The notes: generated from the sequence alone by a model not told the origin. A DNA stretch of 64,000 nucleotides from Nitrosopumilus sp. (GCA_965219345.1 OZ244732.1:96001-160000), one strand, 5' to 3'; counted from the stretch's first letter, positions 22,282 through 31,884 are shown. A program made the numbers and translations.

Positions 22282-22353
22282 ACCTTAGCTTCAGACGAAG
22301 TTCTAAAAAAACCAATCCTGACATAAAATTAATGATTATAAAAGGAATTTTCA

Positions 22354-22845
22354 TTGGATATAATGATGATGTTTTCTGAGTTGACTTCTGATCTTCAAGT
22401 TCAACTAAAAAGAGACTTGGCACAAATCAGATTTCTTCTAAAGAAAAATCAAGGAATGGCATATTCCAGAATTGTGGAGATTGGAAAAGAGGTCGGTAAA
22501 AAATACAATATCAAACTGGTAGTAAATTTTCCAAAAGAAGGAAGGATTGATGAATTTGACATGTATGGAAAAAGAGATTTGAGTCTGATTATAGATTATG
22601 ACCGAAAGAGATTTCCCATAGATAGGGAGTCAATCAAACAAAAGGCAAAAGAGATGCTAGGAAATGTACAAACTGAGGATGCATACATGTATGAAGATAA
22701 AGAAGGCGTGCGAGTCTTCACAGACAATTGGAAGATTGACATCTTACCTCATTCATTGCATATCTGGACAGAATTTAATGAAAATGTAACAGCATTTTGT
22801 GACTGGTTAATGGAAAATGTTTACCAGATGAAAAAGAAGGATTAA
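22354..22845 (+). CDS. Conserved hypothetical protein
   Basis: 163-aa ORF. Confidence 0.7.
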   Translation: MDIMMMFSELTSDLQVQLKRDLAQIRFLLKKNQGMAYSRIVEIGKEVGKKYNIKLVVNFPKEGRIDEFDMYGKRDLSLIIDYDRKRFPIDRESIKQKAKEMLGNVQTEDAYMYEDKEGVRVFTDNWKIDILPHSLHIWTEFNENVTAFCDWLMENVYQMKKKD

Positions 22846-22854
22846 GTCTTTCAA

Positions 22855-23214
22855 TTAGAGGTTTTCAAGCTCTTCAAGTAATTCTTTGGCCTCATAATTT
22901 TTTGGCTCTAATTTTACAATTCGCTTGCAACAATCTATTGCCTCATCTTTTTGTTGCAAGGCCAAATGAACATCAGTTTTGAGTTTAAGTGTTTCAACAT
23001 CACTATTATCTAGTTGGAATGCTTTTTCATAATATGGGAGTGCTTTTTTTGCATCTTCCAAAATTATGTAAACACCTCCCATGATAAACATAAAATCAGG
23101 ATCGTCGGAGAATTTAGATTCCAGACTGTCTCCAAATTCAATGGCTTGTACATATTCGCCTTCTCTGATTAATTTTTTCAGACGGCGTTTTGGATATCTA
23201 AAGAGGCTTACCAT
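22855..23214 (-). CDS. TPR repeat protein
   Basis: G..Y...A...Y.KA..LD and A..C.......EP TPR patterns. Confidence 0.85.
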   Translation of the reverse strand: MVSLFRYPKRRLKKLIREGEYVQAIEFGDSLESKFSDDPDFMFIMGGVYIILEDAKKALPYYEKAFQLDNSDVETLKLKTDVHLALQQKDEAIDCCKRIVKLEPKNYEAKELLEELENL

Positions 23215-23265
23215 TTTTGATTCGTTATCTTTTGGAAGGTTTTGTCAATTTGAACGTAGATAATA

Positions 23266-24762
23266 TCAAGAAGAGATAGTCATTATGCCTTCTTCGATTA
23301 AGAATTGAATTCCTCCGACAAAGGAATCATCATCAATGAGTCCTTCTGCCCACCATCCTGCATTATTTTTAATCCAAGATGGAATTTCATTGGTACCACT
23401 ACCAGCACCTTGGGATGTAGGAGGAATTTGCATTATGCCTTCTTCGATTAAGAATTGAATTCCTCCGACAAAGGAATCATCATCAATTGCACCTTCTGCC
23501 CACCATCCTGCATTATTTTTAATCCAAGATGGAATTTGTGCTTTCTCAAACACAGGAGGTGATGTAACATCATCATTTGATTTTTCGAAAAGAGGATTTT
23601 CGTCGATTTCAATTTCGATGGTTACATATCCTCCCCGTTTGGGATCAGGTACTTGGTATTCAGGTCCTGTACCATGAACAAATATGGTATAGGAAACAAC
23701 CCCTGCGTTTTCTTTTACTGGAAGAAGAAGATGAACCTGACCAAATCCATTAAACAAGTCACTTCGTCCAAGGTCTTGTGCATATGAACGCAGTCTATTA
23801 CCATTCTCATCCAGAACCCAAATATCATAATGAACCTGATCTACGAATTCAACATCATTATACGGATTCATGAAATTTATTATAAAATCAATATTACAAC
23901 CTTCCATAGGAAATTCTGGGGCATACTTGTACTGAATCAGTATTGAGTGATCAGGTTTTGTAGTAACATGTTTACCCACATGGTTAGAAAATTCCGTAGT
24001 GCATACCAACAACTCTTCTTTTGGGATTGTTTCTACAACATCTTTGAAAGGATCATCCGTTACATTTTCTTTATAATCTAACAAAGTGTATTGATGCATT
24101 ATTGGGGGAATACCTGTGGTAATCCAGGTATAAGTTAATGCTTTAACAGGATAAGGAAAATCATCTACTATCCAGATTTCATTCCAATCACCACTATACC
24201 AACCAACAACAACTGTATCAACAGATCCTGCAGGAATTGTTATTGTTTCTGCTCGTATTGGAATTAATTGAGCACCGCCAATTGCGCCTATCTTTCCCCA
24301 TGCGGCAGCCTTGAATTCTTGCGGTCCATGAATTCGATCACCCTCATTTCCAGTAGCAAAAGCACCTAACCAAGCTAGGGAAGACTTGAATGCAATAGCA
24401 TAATGAAAAAGATCATCATCAAATATTATAGGTTCAGGAGCAGTTTTACCAAGACCCCATGAACCTTTGGTGATCTTATTCCCATCAATGACTACAACTT
24501 TTGCATCCCACAATGTTTCAGTTTCATATGGTATGGTTCCCTTGATCCACATTTTCAATTTAATGGGTGCACAGTCATTAAGATCTATTTCACACAAAGA
24601 ATACTCAAAATAATCTCCGTCTTTGAGACCCTCACCCAAATACCATGTACCATCAACATCAACACCGCCAGCTGTACCAGTGCCCTGACCATAAGAAAGA
24701 TTTGAAAACCCAAAACTAGAGACAATGGTCAAGGACACAAATACAATAATAAATCGATTCAC
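23266..24762 (-). CDS. Secreted protein with two C-terminal IPSWIKNNAGWW domains (Nitrosopumilus-type surface protein)
   Basis: Signal peptide; duplicated IPSWIKNNAGWWAEGxIDDDSFVGGIQFLIEEGIM. Confidence 0.85.
   Translation of the reverse strand: MNRFIIVFVSLTIVSSFGFSNLSYGQGTGTAGGVDVDGTWYLGEGLKDGDYFEYSLCEIDLNDCAPIKLKMWIKGTIPYETETLWDAKVVVIDGNKITKGSWGLGKTAPEPIIFDDDLFHYAIAFKSSLAWLGAFATGNEGDRIHGPQEFKAAAWGKIGAIGGAQLIPIRAETITIPAGSVDTVVVGWYSGDWNEIWIVDDFPYPVKALTYTWITTGIPPIMHQYTLLDYKENVTDDPFKDVVETIPKEELLVCTTEFSNHVGKHVTTKPDHSILIQYKYAPEFPMEGCNIDFIINFMNPYNDVEFVDQVHYDIWVLDENGNRLRSYAQDLGRSDLFNGFGQVHLLLPVKENAGVVSYTIFVHGTGPEYQVPDPKRGGYVTIEIEIDENPLFEKSNDDVTSPPVFEKAQIPSWIKNNAGWWAEGAIDDDSFVGGIQFLIEEGIMQIPPTSQGAGSGTNEIPSWIKNNAGWWAEGLIDDDSFVGGIQFLIEEGIMTISS
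23281..23536. repeat. Near-identical ~105-bp direct repeat with 150-bp period encoding the two C-terminal domains
   Basis: cattatgccttcttcgattaagaattgaat...ccaagatggaattt begins at 23281 and again at 23431. Confidence 0.9.
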
Positions 24763-24882
24763 AATAATAATTACAAAATATCATAGTTAAACGTTATTCA
24801 GATTTGTAAAAAATGAGAAAAATAGGCAGTAATATCTAATTCAAATAAGCAAATATAGAGGAAAATTTACAGAGATTCAGAA

Positions 24883-25053
24883 ATGTGTGAATGTTCAAAA
24901 GTTCACTTGTATGAAGTGGAATTCAAACTTGATGGAATGACTGTAGTTCCAACGCATAAAAACTGTGGATTTGCACTAGATGGAAAACAAGCAGACAAGT
25001 TTCAAAAAGAACTAGTAAAATCTTGGGGCTTCGAGGAGGAGGAGGAAGATTAA
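24883..25053 (+). CDS. Small putative metal-binding protein (56 aa; not in ORF track)
   Basis: MCECSKVHLYEVEFKLDGMTVVPTHKNCG...EEEED*; CxC...HxxC. Confidence 0.6.
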   Translation: MCECSKVHLYEVEFKLDGMTVVPTHKNCGFALDGKQADKFQKELVKSWGFEEEEED

Positions 25054-25089
25054 TTTAAAAAATAAAAAATTAGATTGTAATTAATTGTC

Positions 25090-25236
25090 CTAAGACAATT
25101 GTCCTACAGCTTCTTTACAAACGTCAGTTGAACATTTGCAATCTGCGCTGCATATACAAGCGCCTTGCATTGCACAATCACATGAGTAATCAGGATCGCC
25201 ACTATCTGCTTCGCAGCCACATGCTTGATCTACCAT
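25090..25236 (-). CDS. Metallothionein-like peptide (48 aa, 9 Cys; not in ORF track)
   Basis: MVDQACGCEADSGDPDYSCDCAMQGACICSADCKCSTDVCKEAVGQLS*; four CxC motifs; TTTTAAAA box about 25 nt upstream. Confidence 0.7.
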   Translation of the reverse strand: MVDQACGCEADSGDPDYSCDCAMQGACICSADCKCSTDVCKEAVGQLS

Positions 25237-25289
25237 GAAGAGTCAGTAATCTTACTTGTTTTAAAAGGTTAGTACAAGAGTCTAGAAAA

Positions 25290-26216
25290 TTACGCTCTAG
25301 AGACAATCTCAAGTATCTCATTACAGGATTTCTGGACAAGTTCTGCCTGTTGCAACAATAGATTAGAATCAGCTTCAGTATCAAAAGCAATCTTCAGAAG
25401 ATGGATAAGATCCTGTTCTCTATTCAAAGTATCCTTAATTTTTACAAAATTCTCTTTGTTGATATAACCAAAATAAAAGTAGCAGTCAGAAAGCATCGAG
25501 TTTTTCAAAAAGAAATCATATTTTTGCTGAATAATTTGAGAATGGTTATTTTTTTCGACTAAATCAGAAAATCCAATAGTTGACTTTAGCATACGTTCAA
25601 GCAAAGTTGGAGTAGCCCTTTCAATTCCAACTGTTTGATTAACAACCGAGATATGCTCATTGATTGAACTTTTTTCTAATTTTCGAAGTAGATCTAGCAT
25701 ATGAGAAGGACTTGATCTTTGATGGTTTAGTGAAGATATGGCATCAGCTAAGTAGTAAGACGCACATTTTTGCCAACAGGGAGCAAAAACATCAGAGTTT
25801 TGAATTGCTTCTTTAGTTTTTTGACAACAAAACATAGACTCAATCAAACAATTTTTTGCAAAATCAGAAAAGAGTGAAGAATGCTTTTTGTTAATTTTAG
25901 ATAATAGCATTCGCAAATCCCATGATTCATCATGAATTATCTGTAAGTTGTCATATTGAAGAAGTTTTTGTGAGGTAGTTTCAGATAAGGATGCATGATG
26001 AATAGTTACAAATTCATCTCCAGACTTGATAATTTTTTCTGGTTCTGATTTTCCATCAAACATAACAACATCATATGAACATGAATCAAAATGAGAATCA
26101 GAAATTCTGCACCCACTCAAACCAATTGGAAAGTTAGATAATCCATTTTCTGCCACAAATTTTTCAATATCCATGTAATTGGTATCTTTGGTTTTTCTAT
26201 AAAGGATGTAACTCAC
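25290..26216 (-). CDS. Conserved hypothetical protein, possibly nucleotidyltransferase-like N-terminus
   Basis: LSGC....S.YDVVMF resembles a degenerate GS..DxD motif; probable start at 26174. Confidence 0.65.
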   Translation of the reverse strand: MSYILYRKTKDTNYMDIEKFVAENGLSNFPIGLSGCRISDSHFDSCSYDVVMFDGKSEPEKIIKSGDEFVTIHHASLSETTSQKLLQYDNLQIIHDESWDLRMLLSKINKKHSSLFSDFAKNCLIESMFCCQKTKEAIQNSDVFAPCWQKCASYYLADAISSLNHQRSSPSHMLDLLRKLEKSSINEHISVVNQTVGIERATPTLLERMLKSTIGFSDLVEKNNHSQIIQQKYDFFLKNSMLSDCYFYFGYINKENFVKIKDTLNREQDLIHLLKIAFDTEADSNLLLQQAELVQKSCNEILEIVSRA

Positions 26217-26278
26217 AAAATTTTACAAATTCATTCAAGCATTTCCTTTAAATTGAGATTGAGATTGTTTTTTATCAC

Positions 26279-26353
26279 GCTCCTATAGTGTAGTCCGGTT
26301 AAGCATTTTGGCTTCTCAAGCCAAAGACTCGGGTTCAAATCCCGATGGGAGCA
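26279..26353 (+). tRNA. tRNA-Glu (anticodon CTC)
   Basis: Acceptor GCTCCTA/TGGGAGC+A; anticodon arm TTGGC-TTCTCAA-GCCAA; T arm TCGGG-TTCAAAT-CCCGA; no intron, no encoded CCA. Confidence 0.97.
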
Positions 26354-26452
26354 GTACTCATAAAAGTCTTAAAATAGATACCTGACACCCATAAAATATG
26401 TCAGATATTAATTTTAAGCAAACAAGTACTAATAGGGCATGATCAGCACTAA

Positions 26453-27154
26453 TTGCGTATGCGACTCTTGTTCTCTGCGGTACTGCTTTCTCTTGTTGTT
26501 ATCGGCAGCGTATCGGTTGCATATGCAATCTCTGATGAAGACAGAATGGCAAAACTTCAGAAAGGCATTGACAAGCTAATGGATAGAATCCAAATGTTGG
26601 AAGACAAAAAAGACAAAATTGACAAAAGGATAAACACACTGCAAGACAAAGTAGACAGGAAACAGGCAAATATTGACAGGATTAATGGCATAGAACCTGC
26701 TCCACCAGAACCATTTATCAAAACCGACAAGACGGAATATGAAATAGGCGAGACAATACACGTTACAGGACTGAAAATAGCAACCCCTGAACAACATGCT
26801 CACCCTTTTCACAATCCACACAATCAGGAACTAGATATTGACAGTAGCACGTGGTTTGATGAAATAATGTCATGGTCCATAGCAGATCCGGATCAGACAC
26901 AAATATGGGAAATGTGTTATTTTCACACTGACTATGGTACGCATGGTTACAAACACTGCGATGAAAGACCAGAGATGATACAAAACGATGATGGCACATT
27001 TACAATAGACATACTGCTTACAGAAGACAATTCCGAATCAGGAACATACCATTATTTTACTCAAATGTACCAGGGAACATACAAATTCACTAACGGCAAC
27101 ATTGCTGGTTACGCCGGTGATAGTATAACATCACCACCATTTTTGATAAAATAG
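26453..27154 (+). CDS. Secreted protein with coiled coil and Ig-like C-terminus
   Basis: Signal peptide, heptad segment, TDKTEY..GETI.VTG. Confidence 0.7.
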   Translation: MRMRLLFSAVLLSLVVIGSVSVAYAISDEDRMAKLQKGIDKLMDRIQMLEDKKDKIDKRINTLQDKVDRKQANIDRINGIEPAPPEPFIKTDKTEYEIGETIHVTGLKIATPEQHAHPFHNPHNQELDIDSSTWFDEIMSWSIADPDQTQIWEMCYFHTDYGTHGYKHCDERPEMIQNDDGTFTIDILLTEDNSESGTYHYFTQMYQGTYKFTNGNIAGYAGDSITSPPFLIK

Positions 27155-27270
27155 TTAACAAGACATTTTTACTTACACACATTGAGATCTCAATATGAAA
27201 GTACGAGTCTGCACAACCAGGTAAATAGAAGTCTATTTTTGATTTTGTATGTAGGTTGTAATTTACCATC

Positions 27271-27931
27271 ATGGCCCAAAAACTTGACGAGGAATTTAAT
27301 GATGAACGACGTCTAGTAGAAAATGATTCCAGAGATCAAAGACGAGCTATGGAAAAAGAATTCCGAGAACAGAGAATGGAGGAAGAAAGAGAAGGGATGG
27401 AACAAGAGAAAGAGTTTCGTGAACAAATGGAACGTGATAGACATGATGACCATGATGATTTCATGAAGATGGTTCCACCCGAGGATTTTGAGAGTGTTGA
27501 GAGGATAAAGAATACGATAATGGCTGTATTCTCTATGGAAGAGATAGAAAAGTATTGGGAAAATGATAGAGAAGGCTTGCTTTCTGAAATTCTATCCAGA
27601 ACTGACCTTACTAGAGACGGGGTAGAGAAGATCTTTGGATACGCAGAAAGATATGATGATAGACACGAGGATGATTATGACATAAAATAGTCTAAATACC
27701 AAGGAAAATGACGTAGAAAGATATGATGATAGACACGAGGATGATTATGACAGACCAGACCATCAAGAGAATTATGATTATGATAGAATAGAAGAGCGAA
27801 TTCAAGAACTTGAAGAAGAAAATAGAGAGCTTCGAGGCCATATCTTTGAGTTGGAACAGAAACTTGACGACCTTAACGAGATAATTATGGAACAGGTCAG
27901 AGTCATTTATGAGTGGGTTATCACTCGCTAG
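27271..27931 (+). pseudogene. Frameshifted charged coiled-coil protein
   Basis: ORF stops at 27690, but a shifted frame continues (VERYDDRHEDDYDR...EQVRVIYEWVITR*) to 27931; a 42-bp repeat (27641-27682, 27711-27752) has 70-bp spacing. Confidence 0.65.
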
Positions 27932-27969
27932 AGAATTTAGTTAGTTTAGAATCTATAGTCTAGTAAATT

Positions 27970-28650
27970 TCAAATAAATATCTCATTTCCAGTGTTACCT
28001 GATTTTTTTGGAACCTCAAATATCTTCAATGATTCCAAGTATCTCAAATGTTCTACAACTGATTGCTCTCCAAAAGATATCAGTATTCTATCCTTATGCT
28101 TTATCTCATATTGTAAAATATCTGAATAGTGCTCTTCCCCATTAATGTAAACTATCTGGTCATCACATGGTTGATTCAGAATGCAATTACCATTCATCCC
28201 AAATGATGCAAATAGCATCTCTAGCGGAACGCCAGTTGCGTGTTTATGAATTTGGTATGGATTGTTATTTTCAAAGTGGATGTATTTACTTGATAGCTGA
28301 TATTGCTGTTGGGCAAAGTTTACCTGTTTATTATCAATTATAACTACAATTGCAGCATGTGCATGATCACTTCCAAATTCCCCAATGCTATATTGATTTG
28401 CCAGAAATTGCTCAGGTGTCATCTTTAGGGTATTTTGAATAATCTGTTGATCAATGTCTGCTTGGTTGATAAAATAATATGAGAAAATTCCTACAGAAAA
28501 TACTGCAAAAAGTACCATTGCTAAAATGATTCCTCTGCTTTTTGGTTTAGTACTGGCATCTACACTGGCATCCGTGTAGTTGCTTTCCTCAAATCTGCCA
28601 GGTAGACTAGTTTCATCATAGTCTTTGGGAAGTGTTTTGTCTTCGGACAA
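27970..28650 (-). CDS. Single-TM membrane protein with His-rich soluble domain
   Basis: TM helix then DHAHAA, YIHFE, IHKHATGV. Confidence 0.7.
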   Translation of the reverse strand: MSEDKTLPKDYDETSLPGRFEESNYTDASVDASTKPKSRGIILAMVLFAVFSVGIFSYYFINQADIDQQIIQNTLKMTPEQFLANQYSIGEFGSDHAHAAIVVIIDNKQVNFAQQQYQLSSKYIHFENNNPYQIHKHATGVPLEMLFASFGMNGNCILNQPCDDQIVYINGEEHYSDILQYEIKHKDRILISFGEQSVVEHLRYLESLKIFEVPKKSGNTGNEIFI

Positions 28651-28737
28651 TGCTTTGGACGTATTGTAATGTTATTTTACTCTATTTTTCATGGATGCTA
28701 GAAAACCTTAATGCTAGTCTTATCTAGTTAGATCAAA

Positions 28738-28878
28738 TTGGTTTGTTTTAGATGTGATGGAACAGGCAAGTACAGGAATGAATTTGGCATGATGGAAAAA
28801 TGTGAGTCATGTCAAAGAGCTGATATGACTTTGGAAAAGGTAGATGCTGAACCCGATTCAGACGAAGAAGGATACTAA
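28738..28878 (+). CDS. 46-aa zinc-finger microprotein, copy 1 (not in ORF track)
   Basis: TTG start; MVCFRCDGTGKYRNEFGMMEKCESCQRADMTLEKVDAEPDSDEEGY*. Confidence 0.65.
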   Translation: MVCFRCDGTGKYRNEFGMMEKCESCQRADMTLEKVDAEPDSDEEGY

Positions 28879-29156
28879 GAAAGAGAGGAAAAAGATGACA
28901 AAGGAAAAAGCAAAGAGAAAATCAGGGAGATTACAAAAAGGAGAGAAAAAGGGCAGGGAACAACAACGAGTTAAGAAATACAAGCGTAAACAACAAAAAA
29001 AGAAAAAGGGAAAAAAGCCCAAGAAATATTAGAAAAAAGGGAGGAAAAATCCTTTTTTTATTATGTAATGAGTTTAGAATCTAAAAAAACAGTTTGTTTA
29101 ATGTCTCGATTTGGTATCTTCTGGAAAGAATTTCTTCAATCTAGTAGATACATAAA

Positions 29157-29717
29157 CTATGGAGGAATTGAAAATCTCAACACTCTATTTTTAAAATCAA
29201 AAACATTTTTTCTTAGCATATCCAAATCTACGGATATTGTAATATTAGTAGGGGTTTTATCCAGATTAATGTCTGTGTTCATAATATTCAATCTAGAATC
29301 CCAGTCAGTTATTGTATCTACATCAAAATCAGAAGTAAAAGATTGACTATCAAAACTCCCTTCATGGACTTTGACTATCTCTCCCAAATTCTGTTCAGCA
29401 AGTTGAAATTTGTATGAGTGATCTTTGAAGTAGCCATTCGAATCTTGCCCTTTATCATATTCGACAACATACTCTCCATTTGCATCTGGACTGATATTTT
29501 TCAAATAAAGTAATTTTCCATATTCTTCAACAGCATGAGAAAATAAGACATAAGCCATGTACTTTCCATAAACATTAGTTCCTTGAGATATTGGATTGCT
29601 TGTATTGCCAATCGTGTTTTCAATATGTGTTAAGATACTTTCTGCATTAGCACGAGTTTTTGTCATTAAAGCAGTCCATTGATCATGAGTCAGATTGATG
29701 AATGGTCTACGTGCCAT
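29157..29717 (-). CDS. AbiV-like HEPN abortive-infection protein
   Basis: NAESIL...A..L...AVEEYGKL...FKDHSYK matches the AbiV EExGK and HxxK pattern. Confidence 0.7.
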   Translation of the reverse strand: MARRPFINLTHDQWTALMTKTRANAESILTHIENTIGNTSNPISQGTNVYGKYMAYVLFSHAVEEYGKLLYLKNISPDANGEYVVEYDKGQDSNGYFKDHSYKFQLAEQNLGEIVKVHEGSFDSQSFTSDFDVDTITDWDSRLNIMNTDINLDKTPTNITISVDLDMLRKNVFDFKNRVLRFSIPP

Positions 29718-29725
29718 GATTTTTC

Positions 29726-29866
29726 TCAGTATTCCTCTTCATCTGAATCTGGTTCAGCATCTACCTTTTCCAAAGTCATATCAGCTCTTTGACATGACTC
29801 ACATTTTTCCATTATACCAAATTCATTCTTGTACTTGCCTGTTCCATCACATCTCAAACAAGTCAA
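29726..29866 (-). CDS. 46-aa zinc-finger microprotein, copy 2 (inverted duplicate; not in ORF track)
   Basis: MTCLRCDGTGKYKNEFGIMEKCESCQRADMTLEKVDAEPDSDEEEY*; fills the gap between two co-directional genes. Confidence 0.7.
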   Translation of the reverse strand: MTCLRCDGTGKYKNEFGIMEKCESCQRADMTLEKVDAEPDSDEEEY

Positions 29867-29872
29867 TCTGTT

Positions 29873-30268
29873 CTAATCTTGCTTAACATTGCGTTGTTTA
29901 TCGAATAATTTCAATTTCTTTGTCCTTTCTTCTCTTGTAGCTTCTAGATATTTTGATAATGCTGGTCGCATTTTTCCACGACTAGCCACTCTGTAAGTCT
30001 TGTTTATGAAATCCTCATGGATTAGTTTATGCATTAAAAAATCTAACATTTTTTTTGTCTTTCGTTGTCTGTCTTCATCATCATATATTACATTTTTTTC
30101 AAGCAAATCTAATTGATGGGAAATATCTTTTTTTCTGATTTTAAAATCTGCTATGACAGACTGTTTCCTTTCTTCATAGAATTTGTTCTGTACTTGTTCG
30201 TATTCTTCCTTAGCTGATTGAATTTTTGACTGTTTTTCCATTGAGAATCTATAATTGGTGATAATCAT
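29873..30268 (-). CDS. Hypothetical basic helical protein
   Basis: 131-aa ORF heading the microprotein-AbiV run. Confidence 0.6.
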   Translation of the reverse strand: MIITNYRFSMEKQSKIQSAKEEYEQVQNKFYEERKQSVIADFKIRKKDISHQLDLLEKNVIYDDEDRQRKTKKMLDFLMHKLIHEDFINKTYRVASRGKMRPALSKYLEATREERTKKLKLFDKQRNVKQD

Positions 30269-30328
30269 GTATAAGCTTGATCTTTTTTGATCGAATTAGC
30301 TTTCCATTATGTCTATATGAAATTAAAT

Positions 30329-30787
30329 TTACCGTGGATGGAATTGTTTGGTATTGGCCCAGAATCTATTTGGAGTAATCAGATGAATTTGTCTAACTAT
30401 TGCTTTACAATTTAACAAATCACTACCTTTACAGATGGCAATTTTTGGCTTATTCCATTTTGGATTTTTATTATATTTGAGTCTGTAAACTACCCATACC
30501 TCAAATCTTTTTGAAAATTTTTTTAGAAATTCATACTCAGTTTTAGAAATAGGTATGCTATGTCTAGGTACATCCCAATCTGGCCGTGAATTGAAATCTT
30601 CGCCTTCTCCTTTCACTTCAATTATCTTACAAGTATACTTGTTGGTTCCAACCTGAATGTCTCCAAATTTAAAATGATACCCTTTCGTGCCATGCAAAAA
30701 TACTTTTTTCTTTTTAGATTTGAGATATTTAAGAACAATTCTTTCTGCTTCGGTCCCATATTCCGATTTTCGTACCATGAAAAACAT
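30329..30787 (-). CDS. PD-(D/E)XK nuclease, DUF3883/NO VEIN-C-like
   Basis: G..AE..V..YL, GDI...IIEVKG, IS.TEY....F..WVV. Confidence 0.7.
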   Translation of the reverse strand: MFFMVRKSEYGTEAERIVLKYLKSKKKKVFLHGTKGYHFKFGDIQVGTNKYTCKIIEVKGEGEDFNSRPDWDVPRHSIPISKTEYEFLKKFSKRFEVWVVYRLKYNKNPKWNKPKIAICKGSDLLNCKAIVRQIHLITPNRFWANTKQFHPR

Positions 30788-30849
30788 TTATGATTTCCTT
30801 AATTAAATAGTTTCTATGAGGGAATTTGAAAAGGATTCATTGATATGCT

Positions 30850-31530
30850 TTGAAAATTAGTGAAATTTTTGAATCCATTCAAGGTGAAGGAATTAATGCA
30901 GGAAAAGACTCAATTTTTATCCGAACTGCTCTATGTAATTTAAAATGCTCTTGGTGTGATACAAAATATACTTGGGATTGGGAAAATTTTGATTATGATA
31001 CTGAAGTTCATGAATTATCAATAGATGAAATAAAACAAAAATTAAAAAATTTTACTGCAAATAATATTGTAATTACTGGAGGCGAACCATTAATGCAACA
31101 AGAAGAATTGATCTCATTGATATCATCATTACCAAAAAAATTCTTTATAGAAATTGAAACAAATGGGACTATTCTTCCTTTGGATGAATTAGTTTCATTA
31201 ATTGATCAATGGAATGTATCCCCTAAAACTTCAAACTCTAATAATCTACTTGAACAGTGTGAGATTGCAAATTGTTATAATTTTTTCAAGAATAACCCAA
31301 AATCATTTTTTAAATTTGTCGTAGAAACTAAATCTGATATTTTAGAAATTAATGAACTTGTAAAAAAATATAATATTGATAAATCTAAAATCATTCTAAT
31401 GCCTCAATCTACTACGAAAGATGATTTAATATCAAAAGAACCTTTGGTACAATCTTTGTGTGAGAAAAATGGGTTTAGATACTCATCGAGGTTACATGTA
31501 TTAAAATGGGGAAATACTAGAGGCCGTTAG
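30850..31530 (+). CDS. queE: 7-carboxy-7-deazaguanine synthase (radical SAM)
   Basis: EIFESIQGEG, FIR..CNLKCSWCDT, ITGGEPL, IETNG, SPK, RLH. Confidence 0.93.
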   Translation: MKISEIFESIQGEGINAGKDSIFIRTALCNLKCSWCDTKYTWDWENFDYDTEVHELSIDEIKQKLKNFTANNIVITGGEPLMQQEELISLISSLPKKFFIEIETNGTILPLDELVSLIDQWNVSPKTSNSNNLLEQCEIANCYNFFKNNPKSFFKFVVETKSDILEINELVKKYNIDKSKIILMPQSTTKDDLISKEPLVQSLCEKNGFRYSSRLHVLKWGNTRGR

Positions 31531-31884
31531 TTATTTTGAAACTAAACAATAAGCTGAATTTCCTTCAAAAAATCTTACACTAGATAGCGGTATTTTTCCT
31601 TCAAGATTCTCGTAAATCCATGCTGCAATGTTTTCAGAAGTAGGAAAGTCAAATAATTTATCCAGATCTTTATGGTCTAGTTGGCTGATCACATTCCAAC
31701 ATGTTTTCTTCATTTCATCAAAATCTAAGACCATATTGTCTTGATAAGTAGGGCCTTTATCCACCTCACCTTCCACTTCGACAATTATTCTTGAAGTATG
31801 TCCATGGGGTTGCCCACATTTTGGATGCCCCTTTAATGTATGGGCAAAGTCAATCTCAAATTCTACGCCTAATTTTGTTTTCAT
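31531..31884 (-). CDS. queD: 6-carboxy-5,6,7,8-tetrahydropterin synthase
   Basis: AH.L..HPKCGQPHGH, MVLDF, LDHKDL, PTSENIA, FE. Confidence 0.93.
   Translation of the reverse strand: MKTKLGVEFEIDFAHTLKGHPKCGQPHGHTSRIIVEVEGEVDKGPTYQDNMVLDFDEMKKTCWNVISQLDHKDLDKLFDFPTSENIAAWIYENLEGKIPLSSVRFFEGNSAYCLVSK

Noticed and set aside
23281-23536. Direct repeat as a mobile-element scar
   Set aside because: Explained by the duplicated C-terminal protein domain common in this lineage.
28844-29032. Lys-rich 62-aa ORF
   Set aside because: Low-complexity A/G-rich tract overlapping the better-supported microgene in another frame; probably spurious.
28738-29866. Inverted repeats as IS/MITE ends
   Set aside because: No transposase or target-site duplication seen, and the repeat coincides with a coding frame.
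29695-29886. 63-aa plus-strand ORF (and 29068-29346)
   Set aside because: Antisense shadows of the microgene and the AbiV-like gene.
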